A DNA stretch of 64,000 nucleotides from an uncultured Actinomycetes bacterium (GCA_963706875.1 CAVPNW010000019.1:73714-137713), one strand, 5' to 3'. Positions 29,543 through 40,256 are shown, counted from the stretch's first letter. Numbers and translations are program-made. The notes: generated from the sequence alone by a model not told the origin.

Positions 29543-32236
29543 TCAGCGGCTGTCGCTGCCGCCACCGCTGCGGAACAGCGTGGCGCGACCGGCCTCGAGC
29601 CGGGCGATCGGCACGCGGAACGGAGAGCAGGACACGTAGTCCAGGCCGACCTCGTCGAAGAAGTGCACCGACTCCGGGTCGCCGCCGTGCTCGCCGCAGA
29701 CGCCGAGCTTGATGCCCGGGCGGGTGGCCCGACCCTTCTCCACAGCCACTCGGACCAGGGCCCCGACGCCGTCGCGATCGATCGACTCGAACGGCGAGAC
29801 TCCGAACACGCCCTTCTCCAGGTAGGTGGTGAAGAAGGCGCCCTCGACGTCGTCGCGGCTGAAGCCCCACGTCGTCTGGGTCAGGTCGTTGGTGCCGAAG
29901 GAGAAGAACTCCGCGGCCTCGGCGATCTGGTCGGCGGTCATCGCCGCGCGAGGCAGCTCGATCATGGTGCCGATCTGGAACTCCAGCTCACTACCGGTCT
30001 CGGCGGCCACGGCCGCGATGACCTGCTCTGCCTCGTCCTTGATCAGCTCGAGCTCCTGGACCGCCCCGACGAGCGGGATCATGATCTCCGCACGCGGGTC
30101 GCCACCGGCCTTCTTCCGGGCGGCCGCAGCCTCAGCGATGGCACGCACCTGCAGCGCGAACAGCCCCGGGATGACCAGGCCGAGGCGCACGCCGCGCAGG
30201 CCCAGCATCGGGTTGGACTCGTGCAGGCGCTCGACGGCGGCCAGCATCCGCAGGTCGCTCTCGGTCACCGAACCGGCGTCCTCGGCGCGCGCGACCGCAA
30301 CCGCGAGGGTGGTGAGGTCGGGGAGGAACTCGTGCAGCGGCGGGTCGAGCAGGCGGATCGTCACCGGCAGGCCGTCCATGGCCTCGAGGATCTCCTCGAA
30401 GTCACCGCGCTGCAGCGGCAGGAGCGCTGCGAGCGAGCCCTGCTTCTCCTCGTCGGACTCGGCCAGGATCAGCCGCTCGACGTACTGCTTGCGGTCGCCG
30501 AGGAACATGTGCTCGGTCCGGCACAGCCCGATGCCCTGGGCGCCCATCCGGCGGGCGCGCGCGGCATCCTCCGGGGTGTCGGCGTTGGTGCGCACCGCCA
30601 GCCGCCGAGCCTCGTCGGCGTGGGTCACGATCCGGTGGACGGCCTTGACCAGGTCGTCACCGTCCTCGGGGGCCAGCCGGCCCTCGAAGTACTCCACGAC
30701 CGGCGAGGGGATGACCGGCACACGACCGAGGAACACCTCGCCCGTCGCACCGTCGATCGACACCGCGTCGCCTTCTCGGATGACGACGCCACCAGGAGCG
30801 GTGGCGGTCTTGCCGTGCGTGTCGACAGTGAGCTCCTCGGTGCCGCAGACCGCGGTCTTGCCCATGCCGCGCGCGACGACGGCCGCGTGCGAGGTCTTGC
30901 CACCGCGGCTGGTCAGGATGCCCGCCGCTGCCACCATGCCCGCAAGGTCGTCGGGAGTGGTCTCGCGACGGATCAGGATCGTGGCGATGCCCTCCTCAGC
31001 CCTGGCCACGGCGGTCTCGGAGTCGAACACAGCGGTACCGACAGCCGCGCCGGGCGAGGCCGCGATGCCCTTGGCCACGATCTTGCGATCGCCCGAGTGG
31101 TCGAAGTGCGGGAACATCAGCTGCACGAGCTGGGCGCCCGACACGCGGCGCACAGCCTCGTCCATGTCGATGACGCCCTCGTCGGCGAGCTGGGTCGCGA
31201 TGCGGAAGGCCGCACCGGCGGTGCGCTTCCCGACGCGGGTCTGCAGCATGTAGAGCTGCCCGCGCTCGACGGTGAACTCGATGTCGCACAGGTCCTTGTA
31301 GTGCGCCTCGAGGGCGTCCATGTTGGCCAGCAGCTGGGTGTGTGCCTCAGGATCGAGGCGGCCCATGTCGTCCAGGGACAGGGTGTTGCGCACGCCCGAG
31401 ACGACGTCCTCACCCTGCGCATCGGGCAGGTAGTCGCCGTAGTGGCCGGTCGCGCCGGTCGCGGGGTCGCGGGTGAACGCCACGCCAGTGCCGGAGTCGT
31501 TGCCCACGTTGCCGAAGACCATCGCCTGCACGTTGACCGCGGTGCCCAGGTCGGCGGGGATCCGCTCCTGCCGGCGGTACAGCTTGGCGCGGTCGGTGTT
31601 CCACGAGTCGAACACGGCCTTGATCGCGCGGTCCAGCTGCTCGCGGGGATCCTGCGGGAAGTCGATCCCCGCGTGCTCCTTGACGATGCCCTTGTAGGTG
31701 GCGACCAGCGCCTGCAGCTCCGGCACGCCCAGCTCGACGTCCGTGGCCACGCCCGCGTCGGTCTTGGCCTGGTCGATCGCGTGCTCGAAGAAGTGGCCCT
31801 CGATGCCGAGCACGGTCTTGCCGAACATCTGGATCAGGCGGCGGTAGGAGTCCCAGGCGAAGCGCTCGTCCTTGGAGAACTCGGTGAGGCCGGCGACGGA
31901 TGCGTCGCTCATGCCGATGTTGAGCACCGTCTCCATCATTCCGGGCATCGAGAACTTGGCACCGGAGCGCACGGAGACCAGCAGCGGGTTCGCCGGGTCA
32001 CCCAGCGTGCGCCCGATCTTCGACTCGAGGCTGGCCAGCTGCTCGCTGACCTGCTCGGCCATCTCCGGGGGAACCGAACCACCGTTCAGGTACGCCCGGC
32101 AGGCATCGGTGGTCACCGTGAAGCCCGGGGGGACGTTCAGGCCGATCTTGATCATCTCGGAGAGGTTGGCGCCCTTTCCTCCGAGCAGGTCCTTCTTGTC
32201 CTTGTCGCCCTCGGCGAAGTCGTAGACATAACGCAT
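29543..32236 (-). CDS. ppdK: Pyruvate, phosphate dikinase
   Basis: MRYVYDFAEGDKDKKDLLGGKGANLSEM, the phospho-His region RGGKTSHAAVVARGMG, and C-terminal LGVCGEHGGDPESV. ATG at 32236. Confidence 0.95.
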   Translation of the reverse strand: MRYVYDFAEGDKDKKDLLGGKGANLSEMIKIGLNVPPGFTVTTDACRAYLNGGSVPPEMAEQVSEQLASLESKIGRTLGDPANPLLVSVRSGAKFSMPGMMETVLNIGMSDASVAGLTEFSKDERFAWDSYRRLIQMFGKTVLGIEGHFFEHAIDQAKTDAGVATDVELGVPELQALVATYKGIVKEHAGIDFPQDPREQLDRAIKAVFDSWNTDRAKLYRRQERIPADLGTAVNVQAMVFGNVGNDSGTGVAFTRDPATGATGHYGDYLPDAQGEDVVSGVRNTLSLDDMGRLDPEAHTQLLANMDALEAHYKDLCDIEFTVERGQLYMLQTRVGKRTAGAAFRIATQLADEGVIDMDEAVRRVSGAQLVQLMFPHFDHSGDRKIVAKGIAASPGAAVGTAVFDSETAVARAEEGIATILIRRETTPDDLAGMVAAAGILTSRGGKTSHAAVVARGMGKTAVCGTEELTVDTHGKTATAPGGVVIREGDAVSIDGATGEVFLGRVPVIPSPVVEYFEGRLAPEDGDDLVKAVHRIVTHADEARRLAVRTNADTPEDAARARRMGAQGIGLCRTEHMFLGDRKQYVERLILAESDEEKQGSLAALLPLQRGDFEEILEAMDGLPVTIRLLDPPLHEFLPDLTTLAVAVARAEDAGSVTESDLRMLAAVERLHESNPMLGLRGVRLGLVIPGLFALQVRAIAEAAAARKKAGGDPRAEIMIPLVGAVQELELIKDEAEQVIAAVAAETGSELEFQIGTMIELPRAAMTADQIAEAAEFFSFGTNDLTQTTWGFSRDDVEGAFFTTYLEKGVFGVSPFESIDRDGVGALVRVAVEKGRATRPGIKLGVCGEHGGDPESVHFFDEVGLDYVSCSPFRVPIARLEAGRATLFRSGGGSDSR

Positions 32237-32402
32237 GTGTGTGGATCCTCCTGGGATCGTGGGTGAGAACGCGCGCAAGCCTACCCCCGGGCAGGACGCC
32301 ACCGTTCGGCGAGCACGACGCCCGCACGTCTCCACCGCGCACGTCCGCCGTCGCACCACCGACACCGCGATACCCCGGGCCCTCCTGGCCTAGCCTCGGG
32401 CC

Positions 32403-34106
32403 ATGACCCAGTGGTGGCGCGACGCCGTGATCTACCAGATCTACCCACGCTCGTTCGCCGATGGCGACGGCGACGGCATGGGTGACCTCGCCGGCATCAC
32501 GGCACGCATGGGCTACCTGGCCGAGCTGGGGGTCGACGCCCTCTGGCTGAGCCCCTGCTTCGCCAGCCCCCAGGTCGACCACGGCTACGACATCAGCGAC
32601 TACCGCGACATCGACGACCTCTTCGGGTCACTGGATGACATGGACGAGCTCATCGCCACCGCGCACGACTACGGCATCAAGGTGACGCTGGACTTCGTCC
32701 CCAACCACACCTCCGACCAGCACGCGTGGTTCCAGGCTGCCGTGGCCGCCGGGCGCGGATCCCCCGAGCGCGACCGCTACCTGTTCCGCGACGGCCGCGG
32801 ACCGGGCGGCGACGAGCCTCCCAACAACTGGAAGTCGGTCTTCGGCGGCCCGTCGTGGACCCGGGTGGAGGAGCCCGACGGCTCGCCGGGGCAGTGGTAC
32901 TACCACCTCTTCGCATCCGAGCAGCCGGACCTCAACTGGCGCAACCCCGAGGTGGTGGAGGAGTTCGTCAGCGTCCTGCGCTTCTGGATGGACCGGGGCG
33001 CCGACGGATTCCGGATCGACGTCTCCGACGCCCTGATCAAGGACGACACCTTCCCCGACACGGCCACGGGGGAGCCGATCATCCCCAAGGGGGACGACAG
33101 CCCTGTGCACGACGTGTACCGGCAGTTCCGCCGTGTGATGGATGCCTACCCAGGCGACCGGATGGCCGTGATCGAGACAGGTGCCGAGGACGACATCGTG
33201 GCGCTGTTCATCCGGCCCGACGAGATGCACCTGGCGTTCAACTTCCGGTTCGTGCACGCGGGTTTCGACGGCCCGGGGCTGCGGGCTGCCATCGACTCCT
33301 CTCTGGCGGCCAACGCCGGGGTTGGGGCGCCGACGACCTGGGTGACCGACAACCACGACACCCCGCGCTCGGTGTCCCGCCTGGGCCAGAACGCCGTGCT
33401 CACTGGCGCCTACGTTCCGGGAACGATGGCCTCGGGGGTGTTCCAGGAGGTCGACCTCGAGCTCGGCACCCGACGGGCTCGGGCACTCGCGCTGATCCTG
33501 CTCGCCCTTCCGGGCGCGGCCTACATCTACAACGGCCAGGAGCTGGGCCTGCCCAACGTCGACGACCTGCCCGACGAGGTCCTGCAGGACCCGATCTGGG
33601 AGCGCAGCGGGCACACGGTCCGCGGCCGCGACGGCTGCCGGGTTCCGATGCCGTGGACGACCGGCGCGAACCTCGGGTTCGCCAAGTCGCGGGTGAAGCC
33701 GTGGCTGCCGATCCCCAGGGAGTGGGCAGCGCTGTCCGTGGCCTCGCAGCGGGCCAGCGGCGACTCCATGCTCAGCCTCTACCGCACAGCCCTGGCCCTG
33801 CGGCGCACGAGCCCAGCTCTGGGACGCGGCGAGTTGCGCTGGGTGTCCTCCCAGGATGACGCAGCCGACCTGATCGCGTTCGACATGGTCGGCACTGACG
33901 GGGTGGTCCGGGTGGTCCTCAACCTGTCCGGTGCGGCCATCGACCTCCCTGCGGGCGAGCTGTTGCTGGCCTCCGAGCCGGTGGTCGCCGGACAGCTCCC
34001 GGCGATCTCTGCCGCCTGGGTCGCCGATCCGCCATCCGACGGGCTCCAGGCACGACTCGGGGCGTTGGTCCAGTTCGTCGCAGACGTGATCGACCCGCGC
34101 CGCTGA
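32403..34106 (+). CDS. GH13 alpha-glucosidase / oligo-1,6-glucosidase-like
   Basis: WWRDAVIYQIYPRSFADGDGDGMGDL, GADGFRIDVSDAL and WVTDNHDTPRS. Confidence 0.9.
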   Translation: MTQWWRDAVIYQIYPRSFADGDGDGMGDLAGITARMGYLAELGVDALWLSPCFASPQVDHGYDISDYRDIDDLFGSLDDMDELIATAHDYGIKVTLDFVPNHTSDQHAWFQAAVAAGRGSPERDRYLFRDGRGPGGDEPPNNWKSVFGGPSWTRVEEPDGSPGQWYYHLFASEQPDLNWRNPEVVEEFVSVLRFWMDRGADGFRIDVSDALIKDDTFPDTATGEPIIPKGDDSPVHDVYRQFRRVMDAYPGDRMAVIETGAEDDIVALFIRPDEMHLAFNFRFVHAGFDGPGLRAAIDSSLAANAGVGAPTTWVTDNHDTPRSVSRLGQNAVLTGAYVPGTMASGVFQEVDLELGTRRARALALILLALPGAAYIYNGQELGLPNVDDLPDEVLQDPIWERSGHTVRGRDGCRVPMPWTTGANLGFAKSRVKPWLPIPREWAALSVASQRASGDSMLSLYRTALALRRTSPALGRGELRWVSSQDDAADLIAFDMVGTDGVVRVVLNLSGAAIDLPAGELLLASEPVVAGQLPAISAAWVADPPSDGLQARLGALVQFVADVIDPRR

Positions 34107-34181
34107 CACTCCGCGCTGGGGCGCTGGGTGCACGGTGGGCGTGTGCGCGGGTCCGCGGGTCGGCGTGCAGCCGCGCGGGCC

Positions 34182-34997
34182 TCAGCCGGCAAGGTCCCGT
34201 CGGTTGAACACCCACGTCCCCGCGGCGACCAGCAGGACGCTGAGGACCATGGGGAGCCAGAAGTTCAATGCGCCCGGGGCTGTGGTCAGCGGGTTCTGCT
34301 TGAGCAGCCAGTACCAGGGTGAGAACTCGCGTGCGGTCTCGAACGCCTCGGCGACCCCCGCCAGCGCATTGACGAGGAACCCGACCAGGGCCAGGCCCGC
34401 ACCCAGCCCGATCGCCAGGCCCTTGCGCCCAGTGGCGGCGCCGGCGGCGAAGGTCAGCGCCACGTGCACGGCGACGAACGCGAACGAGGCAGCGGCCGCA
34501 GCACCGAAGGCCCACCACGGCATGCCCTCGTCCAGCCCGACAACCGGTGCGTACGCGGCGAGCACCACATGACCCACTGCATTGACCACGAACAGCGCGA
34601 CGGCGATCCCCAGGACCCGCCCGAGGGCCACGGCCACCCGGCGGACCGGGTTGGTCAGCACCATCTCCAAGGTCCCCTCGGCCTCAGAACCGGCGATCGC
34701 CCAGGCCGCCCAACCCAGCCCCAGGACGAGCAGGATGATCACGTACATGTTCGAGTACAGCTGACTGACCAGGTAGCCCTCCGGCGAGGAGATGCTCGCC
34801 CCGGCCAGGCCGAACGCCTCGACGAAGGCCTCGGGCAGTTGTTCCATGTAGTCCTCGAAGACATCCCCGGAGTCACGCACCGACGGGTACACGGCCGCCA
34901 TGAGCACCATCAGGATCCCGACCCCGATGCTCCAGCCGATCAACGAGCGCCGGCGCTCGCGCAACATCTGCCAGGCGATTCGCAGGGTTGCCATCAC
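34182..34997 (-). CDS. ABC-2-type transporter permease
   Basis: 271 aa with about 6 hydrophobic segments. Its start overlaps the stop of the upstream ATPase gene by 4 nt. Confidence 0.75.
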   Translation of the reverse strand: MMATLRIAWQMLRERRRSLIGWSIGVGILMVLMAAVYPSVRDSGDVFEDYMEQLPEAFVEAFGLAGASISSPEGYLVSQLYSNMYVIILLVLGLGWAAWAIAGSEAEGTLEMVLTNPVRRVAVALGRVLGIAVALFVVNAVGHVVLAAYAPVVGLDEGMPWWAFGAAAAASFAFVAVHVALTFAAGAATGRKGLAIGLGAGLALVGFLVNALAGVAEAFETAREFSPWYWLLKQNPLTTAPGALNFWLPMVLSVLLVAAGTWVFNRRDLAG

Positions 34998-35938
34998 GCC
35001 ACCTCCCCCGACCCGGCCGCCGTCTCACGGTCCGGGCCCTCCCCGGGTGCGGAGTCGTAGACGCCGTAGAAGATGTCGTCGAGCAGCAGCGGATCAGCCG
35101 CGATGTGCTCGATCGGCAGGTGCGCCAATGCCTGGACCAGGGGCGCGATGCTGCCCTGGACGATCACCGAGACCCGCATCCGCTCGACCTCGACGGATTC
35201 CACGCCCGGCACCCCCGCGAGGACCTCGGCCGCGACAGGCTCCGAGAACCGCAGGTGCAGCGACTGGCGCGCGGTGATCGACTGGAGCCCAGCGACGCTG
35301 TCCTCGACGACCTTGCGCCCCTCGCGCAGGATGCCCACGCGGTCGGCGACCTCCTCGACCTCGAAGATGATGTGCGAGCTGAACAGCACCGCTGCCCCGG
35401 CGTCGCGGCGCTCGCGCACGAGGTTCAGGACCTCCCGCTGCATCAGGGGGTCCAGGCCGGACGTCGGCTCATCGAGGATCAGGACATCGGGGTCGTGCAT
35501 CACGGCCTGGACGACGCCCACCTTCTGCCGGTTGCCCTTGGACAGCTGCCCGAACGGGCGGGTGACGTCGAGCTGCATCTGGGCGCAGAGGGCGTCGATG
35601 CGCTCCTGCGGGACGCCGCCGCGCAGGTCGGCGTAGAAGTCAAGGATCTGGCGCACCTTCAGCCGGCCCTCGAGGCGCAGGTCACCGGGCAGGTAGCCGA
35701 CCCGACGACGGATGTGCGGGTCGCGGGCGCTGCCGCCGTGCACCGTGGCCGTCCCGGCGGTGGGGTGCAGGTAGCCCAGGATCGTGCGGATGGTCGTCGA
35801 CTTGCCCGCGCCGTTGGGCCCGAGCAGGCCGTACACCTCGCCGGGGGCCACGGTCAGGTCCAGCTGGTCGACGGCGGTCAGCTTGCCGTACTTCTTCACG
35901 AGGCCTGAGGTCTGGATGACAGGCTCACTCATCGTCAC
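34994..35938 (-). CDS. ABC transporter ATP-binding protein
   Basis: Walker A GLLGPNGAGKSTT, signature LSKGNRQKVGV, Walker B LILDEPTSGLD. Confidence 0.9.
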   Translation of the reverse strand: MTMSEPVIQTSGLVKKYGKLTAVDQLDLTVAPGEVYGLLGPNGAGKSTTIRTILGYLHPTAGTATVHGGSARDPHIRRRVGYLPGDLRLEGRLKVRQILDFYADLRGGVPQERIDALCAQMQLDVTRPFGQLSKGNRQKVGVVQAVMHDPDVLILDEPTSGLDPLMQREVLNLVRERRDAGAAVLFSSHIIFEVEEVADRVGILREGRKVVEDSVAGLQSITARQSLHLRFSEPVAAEVLAGVPGVESVEVERMRVSVIVQGSIAPLVQALAHLPIEHIAADPLLLDDIFYGVYDSAPGEGPDRETAAGSGEVA

Positions 35939-35983
35939 GCCCTTCGTCCGGTCGAGCGCTCTACCGCCAGCGTATCGCCGGAC

Positions 35984-37390
35984 TCAGCCCTCCTCAGCCT
36001 CCACCTGCAGGAAGACGTCGAGCAGCGAGCTGCGCCACAACGTGCACTCGAAGGCTTCGGCGAACTCGAGGATCACCGCCGGGCCGGGCATCGCCAGTAG
36101 CCCGTTGAGGACCTCGAGACGCTTGCCGGACACCAGGTCGTCGTAACGGCCGTCGGGGAGTTGCACGTGCGCCCGTCCGCGGTGGCCGCCCACGTTGAAC
36201 ACCCCGTAGAGCCCGAAGGAGCCGACCGGCGCGAGCTCCTCCCCGGCCGGGTTCGCCCATGCTGCCTGGACCAACGGCTCGTCGTCGAGCACCCAGAAGT
36301 CCCCGAGCCGCATCGCCTCGTGCTTCGTGCAGGCGGTGAGCGTGCGCAGGAACTCGGTCAGCTCGTAGTCACCCCACTCCACCGGGGCCCGGTCGAACAG
36401 CGACGGCCATGCCCGGGCCGCCGACTCCTGGCCGGCGTAGATCATGAACGGTCCCCGGCTGAAGGCCATCAGCGCGGTCCAGGCCCGCGCCCGGGCCTGC
36501 GTGGGCGCGAAGCGCATGATCCGGAACTGGTCGTGGTTCTCCACGAACCGCAGCTTCGCGTAGTTGGCCGGCAGGGTCGCGTCCTGCCAGCGCAGCATCT
36601 CCAGGTAGCGCCCGACGGGCTCGCGGCCCGTCACGACCGCCTGCCAGATCGACCACAGGTCGTGGGAGTACTCGATGTCGAACGCGGCGAACATCTCCGC
36701 GTCCGACCACGTGGGTAGGCCGTGGGCGCGGCGATGCGCGACCCACGTCGGGTGCGGGGACTCGGCCAGCCAGATCAGGCCCGGCCGGACGTCGGCAAGC
36801 TCAGCGCGGGCCTTGGTCCAGAAGTCCACGGGCACCAGCGACGCGACGTCGCAGCGGAACCCGTCGACCCCACGGCCGGCCCACAGCGCGAGGGTGTCGA
36901 TCAGGTACCGGGTCAGGTCGAGGTTGGGGTGCCTGAGGTCGATGATGTCGGTCCACGCGGGCACCGTCGTGATCGGTCGGCCGTCATCGTCCTGGTGGAA
37001 GAACTCAGGGTGCTCCTCGACGAGGACGCTGTCGGGCGAGGTGTGGTTGAACACCACGTCGATCATCACCTTGAGCCCGGTGGCATGCGCTGCCGCGATG
37101 AGCTCGTCGAAATCGGCCTCCGTGCCCAGCTCCGGGTTGACCGCGCGGTAGTCGCGGATCGCGTACGGGCTGCCGAGGGCTCCCTTGCGCCCGACCTCGC
37201 CGATCGGGTGGATCGGCATCAGGTAGAGGACGTCGACCCCGAGCGCGGCGATCCGCGCGAGGTCCGCGGTGACGTCTGCCAGGCGCCCCCTCGACCCGTG
37301 GTTGCGCGGGAACACCTGGTAGATCACCAGGGAACGCACGTCCAGCGGGGTGTCGAGGGCCACGCACAGATTGTGGCGGCTACCGGGCAC
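35984..37390 (-). CDS. Alpha-amylase-family (GH13) glycoside hydrolase
   Basis: LVIYQVFPRNH, GVDGFRCDVASLVP and RFVENHDQFR. The exact start is uncertain. Confidence 0.85.
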   Translation of the reverse strand: MPGSRHNLCVALDTPLDVRSLVIYQVFPRNHGSRGRLADVTADLARIAALGVDVLYLMPIHPIGEVGRKGALGSPYAIRDYRAVNPELGTEADFDELIAAAHATGLKVMIDVVFNHTSPDSVLVEEHPEFFHQDDDGRPITTVPAWTDIIDLRHPNLDLTRYLIDTLALWAGRGVDGFRCDVASLVPVDFWTKARAELADVRPGLIWLAESPHPTWVAHRRAHGLPTWSDAEMFAAFDIEYSHDLWSIWQAVVTGREPVGRYLEMLRWQDATLPANYAKLRFVENHDQFRIMRFAPTQARARAWTALMAFSRGPFMIYAGQESAARAWPSLFDRAPVEWGDYELTEFLRTLTACTKHEAMRLGDFWVLDDEPLVQAAWANPAGEELAPVGSFGLYGVFNVGGHRGRAHVQLPDGRYDDLVSGKRLEVLNGLLAMPGPAVILEFAEAFECTLWRSSLLDVFLQVEAEEG

Positions 37391-37414
37391 GCCATGCTCC
37401 CTAGCGGGTGGCGG

Positions 37415-38557
37415 CTACCCGCCGCTGACGCCGATCTCGGCGGCCGACAGGTCCTCGCCGCGGGCCAGCTCGCACGAGTCGAGCCAGCCGTCGGGCAGGG
37501 CCACACGCCGCTGGCCCGAGGTCCGTCCGCGCGGACCGGCCGCGACCAGGCTCGGGTAGGGCTGGTCGGGATCGATCCCCGAGAGCAGGTCGTCGAGCTC
37601 CGCGAGCGTGCCCACCGTGCCCAGCGCGGCCCGGATGGGCTGGGCCACCCGGAACCCCTTGAGGTACCAGGCCATGTGCTTGCGGATGTCGCGGCAGCCC
37701 TTGAGCTCGTCGTCGTACATCTCACCGAGCAGCACTGCATGCCGCCGCAGGACGGCCAGGACCTCGCCGGAGGTCGGCTCCGGGGGCGGCGGCCCACCGG
37801 CGAACGCCGCCGCCAGCTGGCCGAACATCCAGGGCCGCCCCAGGCACCCGCGACCGACCACCACGCCGGCGCACCCGGTCTGCTCGACCATGCGCAACGC
37901 GTCGCCGGCGGTCCAGATGTCGCCGTTGCCCAGGACTGGCACCCCGAGCGGCACGAGCTCCTCGACAAGGCGGGCGATCGCCGACCAGTCGGCCTGGCCG
38001 CCGTACATCTGCTCGGCGGTGCGCCCGTGCAGCGCGACCCACGCCGCACCCTCCTGGGCTGCGGCCCGACCCGCCTCGAGGTAGGTCAGGTGGTCGTCGT
38101 CGATGCCCTTGCGCATCTTCACCGTCACCGGGACCCGGCCGTCCGCGGCGGCCACGGCACCGGCGACGACCTCCCGGAACAGGTCGCGCTTCCACGGCAG
38201 GGCCGAGCCGCCCCCCTTGCGCGTCACCTTGGGCACCGGACAGCCGAAGTTGAGGTCCACGTGGTCAGCGAGGTCCTCCGTGACCACCATCCGCACCGCA
38301 GCAGCGATGATCGCCGGGTCGACCCCGTAGAGCTGCAGCGACCGGGGCGCCTCATCGGCATCGAACCGGATCAGGGCCATCGTCTCGTCGTTGCGCTCGA
38401 GCAACGCGCGCGAGGTGATCATCTCCGAGACATAGATGCCGGCACCCGACTCCCGGCACAGCCGCCGGAACGCCCGGTTCGTGATGCCCGCCATCGGCGC
38501 GAGCACGACCGGGGGGTCAACCGGTCGGCCGCCGATCAGCGGGAGGGAAACGGACAT
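37415..38557 (-). CDS. dus: tRNA-dihydrouridine synthase
   Basis: VVLAPMAGITNRAFRRLCRE and DLNFGCPVPKV. ATG at 38557 (MSVSLPLIGG). Confidence 0.9.
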   Translation of the reverse strand: MSVSLPLIGGRPVDPPVVLAPMAGITNRAFRRLCRESGAGIYVSEMITSRALLERNDETMALIRFDADEAPRSLQLYGVDPAIIAAAVRMVVTEDLADHVDLNFGCPVPKVTRKGGGSALPWKRDLFREVVAGAVAAADGRVPVTVKMRKGIDDDHLTYLEAGRAAAQEGAAWVALHGRTAEQMYGGQADWSAIARLVEELVPLGVPVLGNGDIWTAGDALRMVEQTGCAGVVVGRGCLGRPWMFGQLAAAFAGGPPPPEPTSGEVLAVLRRHAVLLGEMYDDELKGCRDIRKHMAWYLKGFRVAQPIRAALGTVGTLAELDDLLSGIDPDQPYPSLVAAGPRGRTSGQRRVALPDGWLDSCELARGEDLSAAEIGVSGG

Positions 38558-38583
38558 GGGGCCAATTGTCCCCCAGCGCGCCC

Positions 38584-38604
38584 GGGCACCGGGCACCGGG
38601 CACC
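38584..38604. repeat. Tandem heptamer GGGCACC x3
   Basis: Three perfect adjacent copies, read directly from the sequence at 38584-38590, 38591-38597 and 38598-38604. They lie in the dus 5' region. Confidence 0.9.
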
Positions 38605-38656
38605 GTGATCCGTTCAGGTTCTTGCCCTTCTAGGGGCAACAACCTGAATGGATCAC
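38605..38656. other. 52-nt extended hairpin/palindrome between glyQS and dus
   Basis: GTGATCCGTTCAGGTT (38605-38620) pairs with AACCTGAATGGATCAC (38641-38656): 16 bp with one G-T position. The inner stem is TTGCCC/GGGCAA around the loop TTCTAG. Confidence 0.6.
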
Positions 38657-38751
38657 CGGGCAGGTCGGGTCGGGGCGGACGGCAGGCGGTCGAGCGGCAA
38701 GGAGCCGAGTCCACGCGCACGACCCCTCGGCACGCCCGTGAGCCCGGCGGG

Positions 38752-40146
38752 TCAGTACGCCGGCAGGCGCTCGCTCAGCCACGTGCGCAGACCCTCCAGC
38801 GGGATCCGCTCCTGGGCCATCGAGTCGCGCTCGCGCACGGTGACGGCCTGGTCGGTGAGGGTGTCGAAGTCGACCGTGACGCAGAACGGCGTGCCGATCT
38901 CGTCCTGGCGGCGGTAGCGCCGGCCGATCGCGCCGGCGTCGTCGAAGTCGACGTTCCACGTGCGCCGGAGCTCAGCGGCCAGATCCCGGGCCACAGGCGA
39001 CAGGTCGGCGTTGCGCGACAGCGGCAGCACCGCGACCTTCACCGGCGCCAGGCGCGGGTCCAGGCGCAGCACCGTTCGCTTGTCCACGCCGCCCTTGGCG
39101 TTCGGCGCCTCGTCCTCGTCATAGGCGTCGAGCAGGAACGCCAGCACACACCGCGTGAGCCCGGCTGCCGGCTCGATGACGTAGGGCACCCAGCGCTCGC
39201 CGGACTCCTGGTCGAAGAAGGACAGGTCGACCCCGGACTTCTCCGAGTGGGTCCGCAGGTCGAAATCAGTGCGGTTGGCGATGCCCTCGAGCTCGGCGAA
39301 CTCCGAGCCGGCGAACGTGAACCGGTACTCGATGTCGACCGTGCGCTTGGAGTAGTGGGAGAGCTTCTCCTTCGGGTGCTCGAAGAAGCGCATGTTCTCC
39401 GGCTTCATGCCGAGGTCGATGTACCAGTCCCAGCGGGCCTTCAGCCAGTACTCGTGCCACTGCTCGTCGGTGCCGGGCTTGACGAAGAACTCCATCTCCA
39501 TCTGCTCGAACTCACGCGTGCGGAAGATGAAGTTGCCCGGGGTGATCTCGTTGCGGAAGCTCTTGCCGGTCTGGCCGATGCCGAACGGTGGCTTCCTGCG
39601 CGAGGTGTTGGCCACGTTGAGGTAGTTGACGAAGATGCCCTGCGCGGTCTCGGGTCGCAGGTAGTGCACCGCGCCGGCGTCCTCAACGGGTCCGACCATC
39701 GTGCGCAGCATCCCGTTGAAGTCCCGCGGCTCGGTGAACTGCCCGCGCGTCCCGCACGCAGTGCACACGATCTCCTCGAGGCCGGTCGGCGGACGGCCGT
39801 GCTTCTCCTCGTACGCCTCGAGCAGCGTGTCGGCGCGCCAGCGCTTGTGGCACTGCTTGCACTCGGTCAGCGGGTCGACGAAGGCGTTGACGTGCCCGGA
39901 GGCCTCCCAGACCTGCGGGGCGAGGATCACCGAGGAGTCCAGGCCGACGACGTCGTCGCGCCCGCGCACGACCGACTGCCACCACTGGCGACGGATGTTC
40001 TCCTTGAGCTCCACCCCCAGGGGGCCGTAGTCCCACGCGGAACGGGTCCCGCCGTAGATCTCCGAGCAGGGGTAGACGAACCCGCGGCGCTTGCTCAGGT
40101 TCACCACCGATTCCACGCGGGCGTCGGGCTTGGTCGGCTTGGCCAT
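38752..40146 (-). CDS. glyQS: Glycine--tRNA ligase (dimeric class II type)
   Basis: [35 protein letters not shown] at 40146 ([10 protein letters not shown]). Confidence 0.95.
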   Translation of the reverse strand: MAKPTKPDARVESVVNLSKRRGFVYPCSEIYGGTRSAWDYGPLGVELKENIRRQWWQSVVRGRDDVVGLDSSVILAPQVWEASGHVNAFVDPLTECKQCHKRWRADTLLEAYEEKHGRPPTGLEEIVCTACGTRGQFTEPRDFNGMLRTMVGPVEDAGAVHYLRPETAQGIFVNYLNVANTSRRKPPFGIGQTGKSFRNEITPGNFIFRTREFEQMEMEFFVKPGTDEQWHEYWLKARWDWYIDLGMKPENMRFFEHPKEKLSHYSKRTVDIEYRFTFAGSEFAELEGIANRTDFDLRTHSEKSGVDLSFFDQESGERWVPYVIEPAAGLTRCVLAFLLDAYDEDEAPNAKGGVDKRTVLRLDPRLAPVKVAVLPLSRNADLSPVARDLAAELRRTWNVDFDDAGAIGRRYRRQDEIGTPFCVTVDFDTLTDQAVTVRERDSMAQERIPLEGLRTWLSERLPAY

Positions 40147-40256
40147 CGGATCTCCAGGGTCCTCGAACTTCTCGTCAGGTGTCGGCACGGCGCTGGGCGC
40201 GCACGACGGTGAGTCTGGCGTCCAACCCTACCTGCACCATCGGGGGTCGATCGGCG

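Noticed and set aside
29489-32266. 925-aa plus-strand ORF antisense to ppdK. Similar long antisense ORFs include 61768..63660, 15072..16817, 12605..14296, 7240..9087, 10061..12076, 38566..40212, 4654..6195, 46184..47779 and 47815..49281.
   Set aside because: Each lies exactly opposite a gene with unmistakable family motifs. Their translations are Arg/Gly/Asp/His/Leu-rich with no motifs. Stop-poor antisense frames are expected at this GC content, so I treat them as shadow ORFs.
38584-38604. Tandem GGGCACC repeats considered as a CRISPR or minisatellite
   Set aside because: There are only three 7-nt units with no spacers. This is far too short for a CRISPR array, so I report it only as a micro-repeat.
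40147-40256. T-box or other riboswitch leader upstream of glyQS
   Set aside because: The spacer is only ~110 nt. I see no specifier-loop or T-box (AGGGUGGNACCGCG-like) sequence, so it is too short for a T-box leader.
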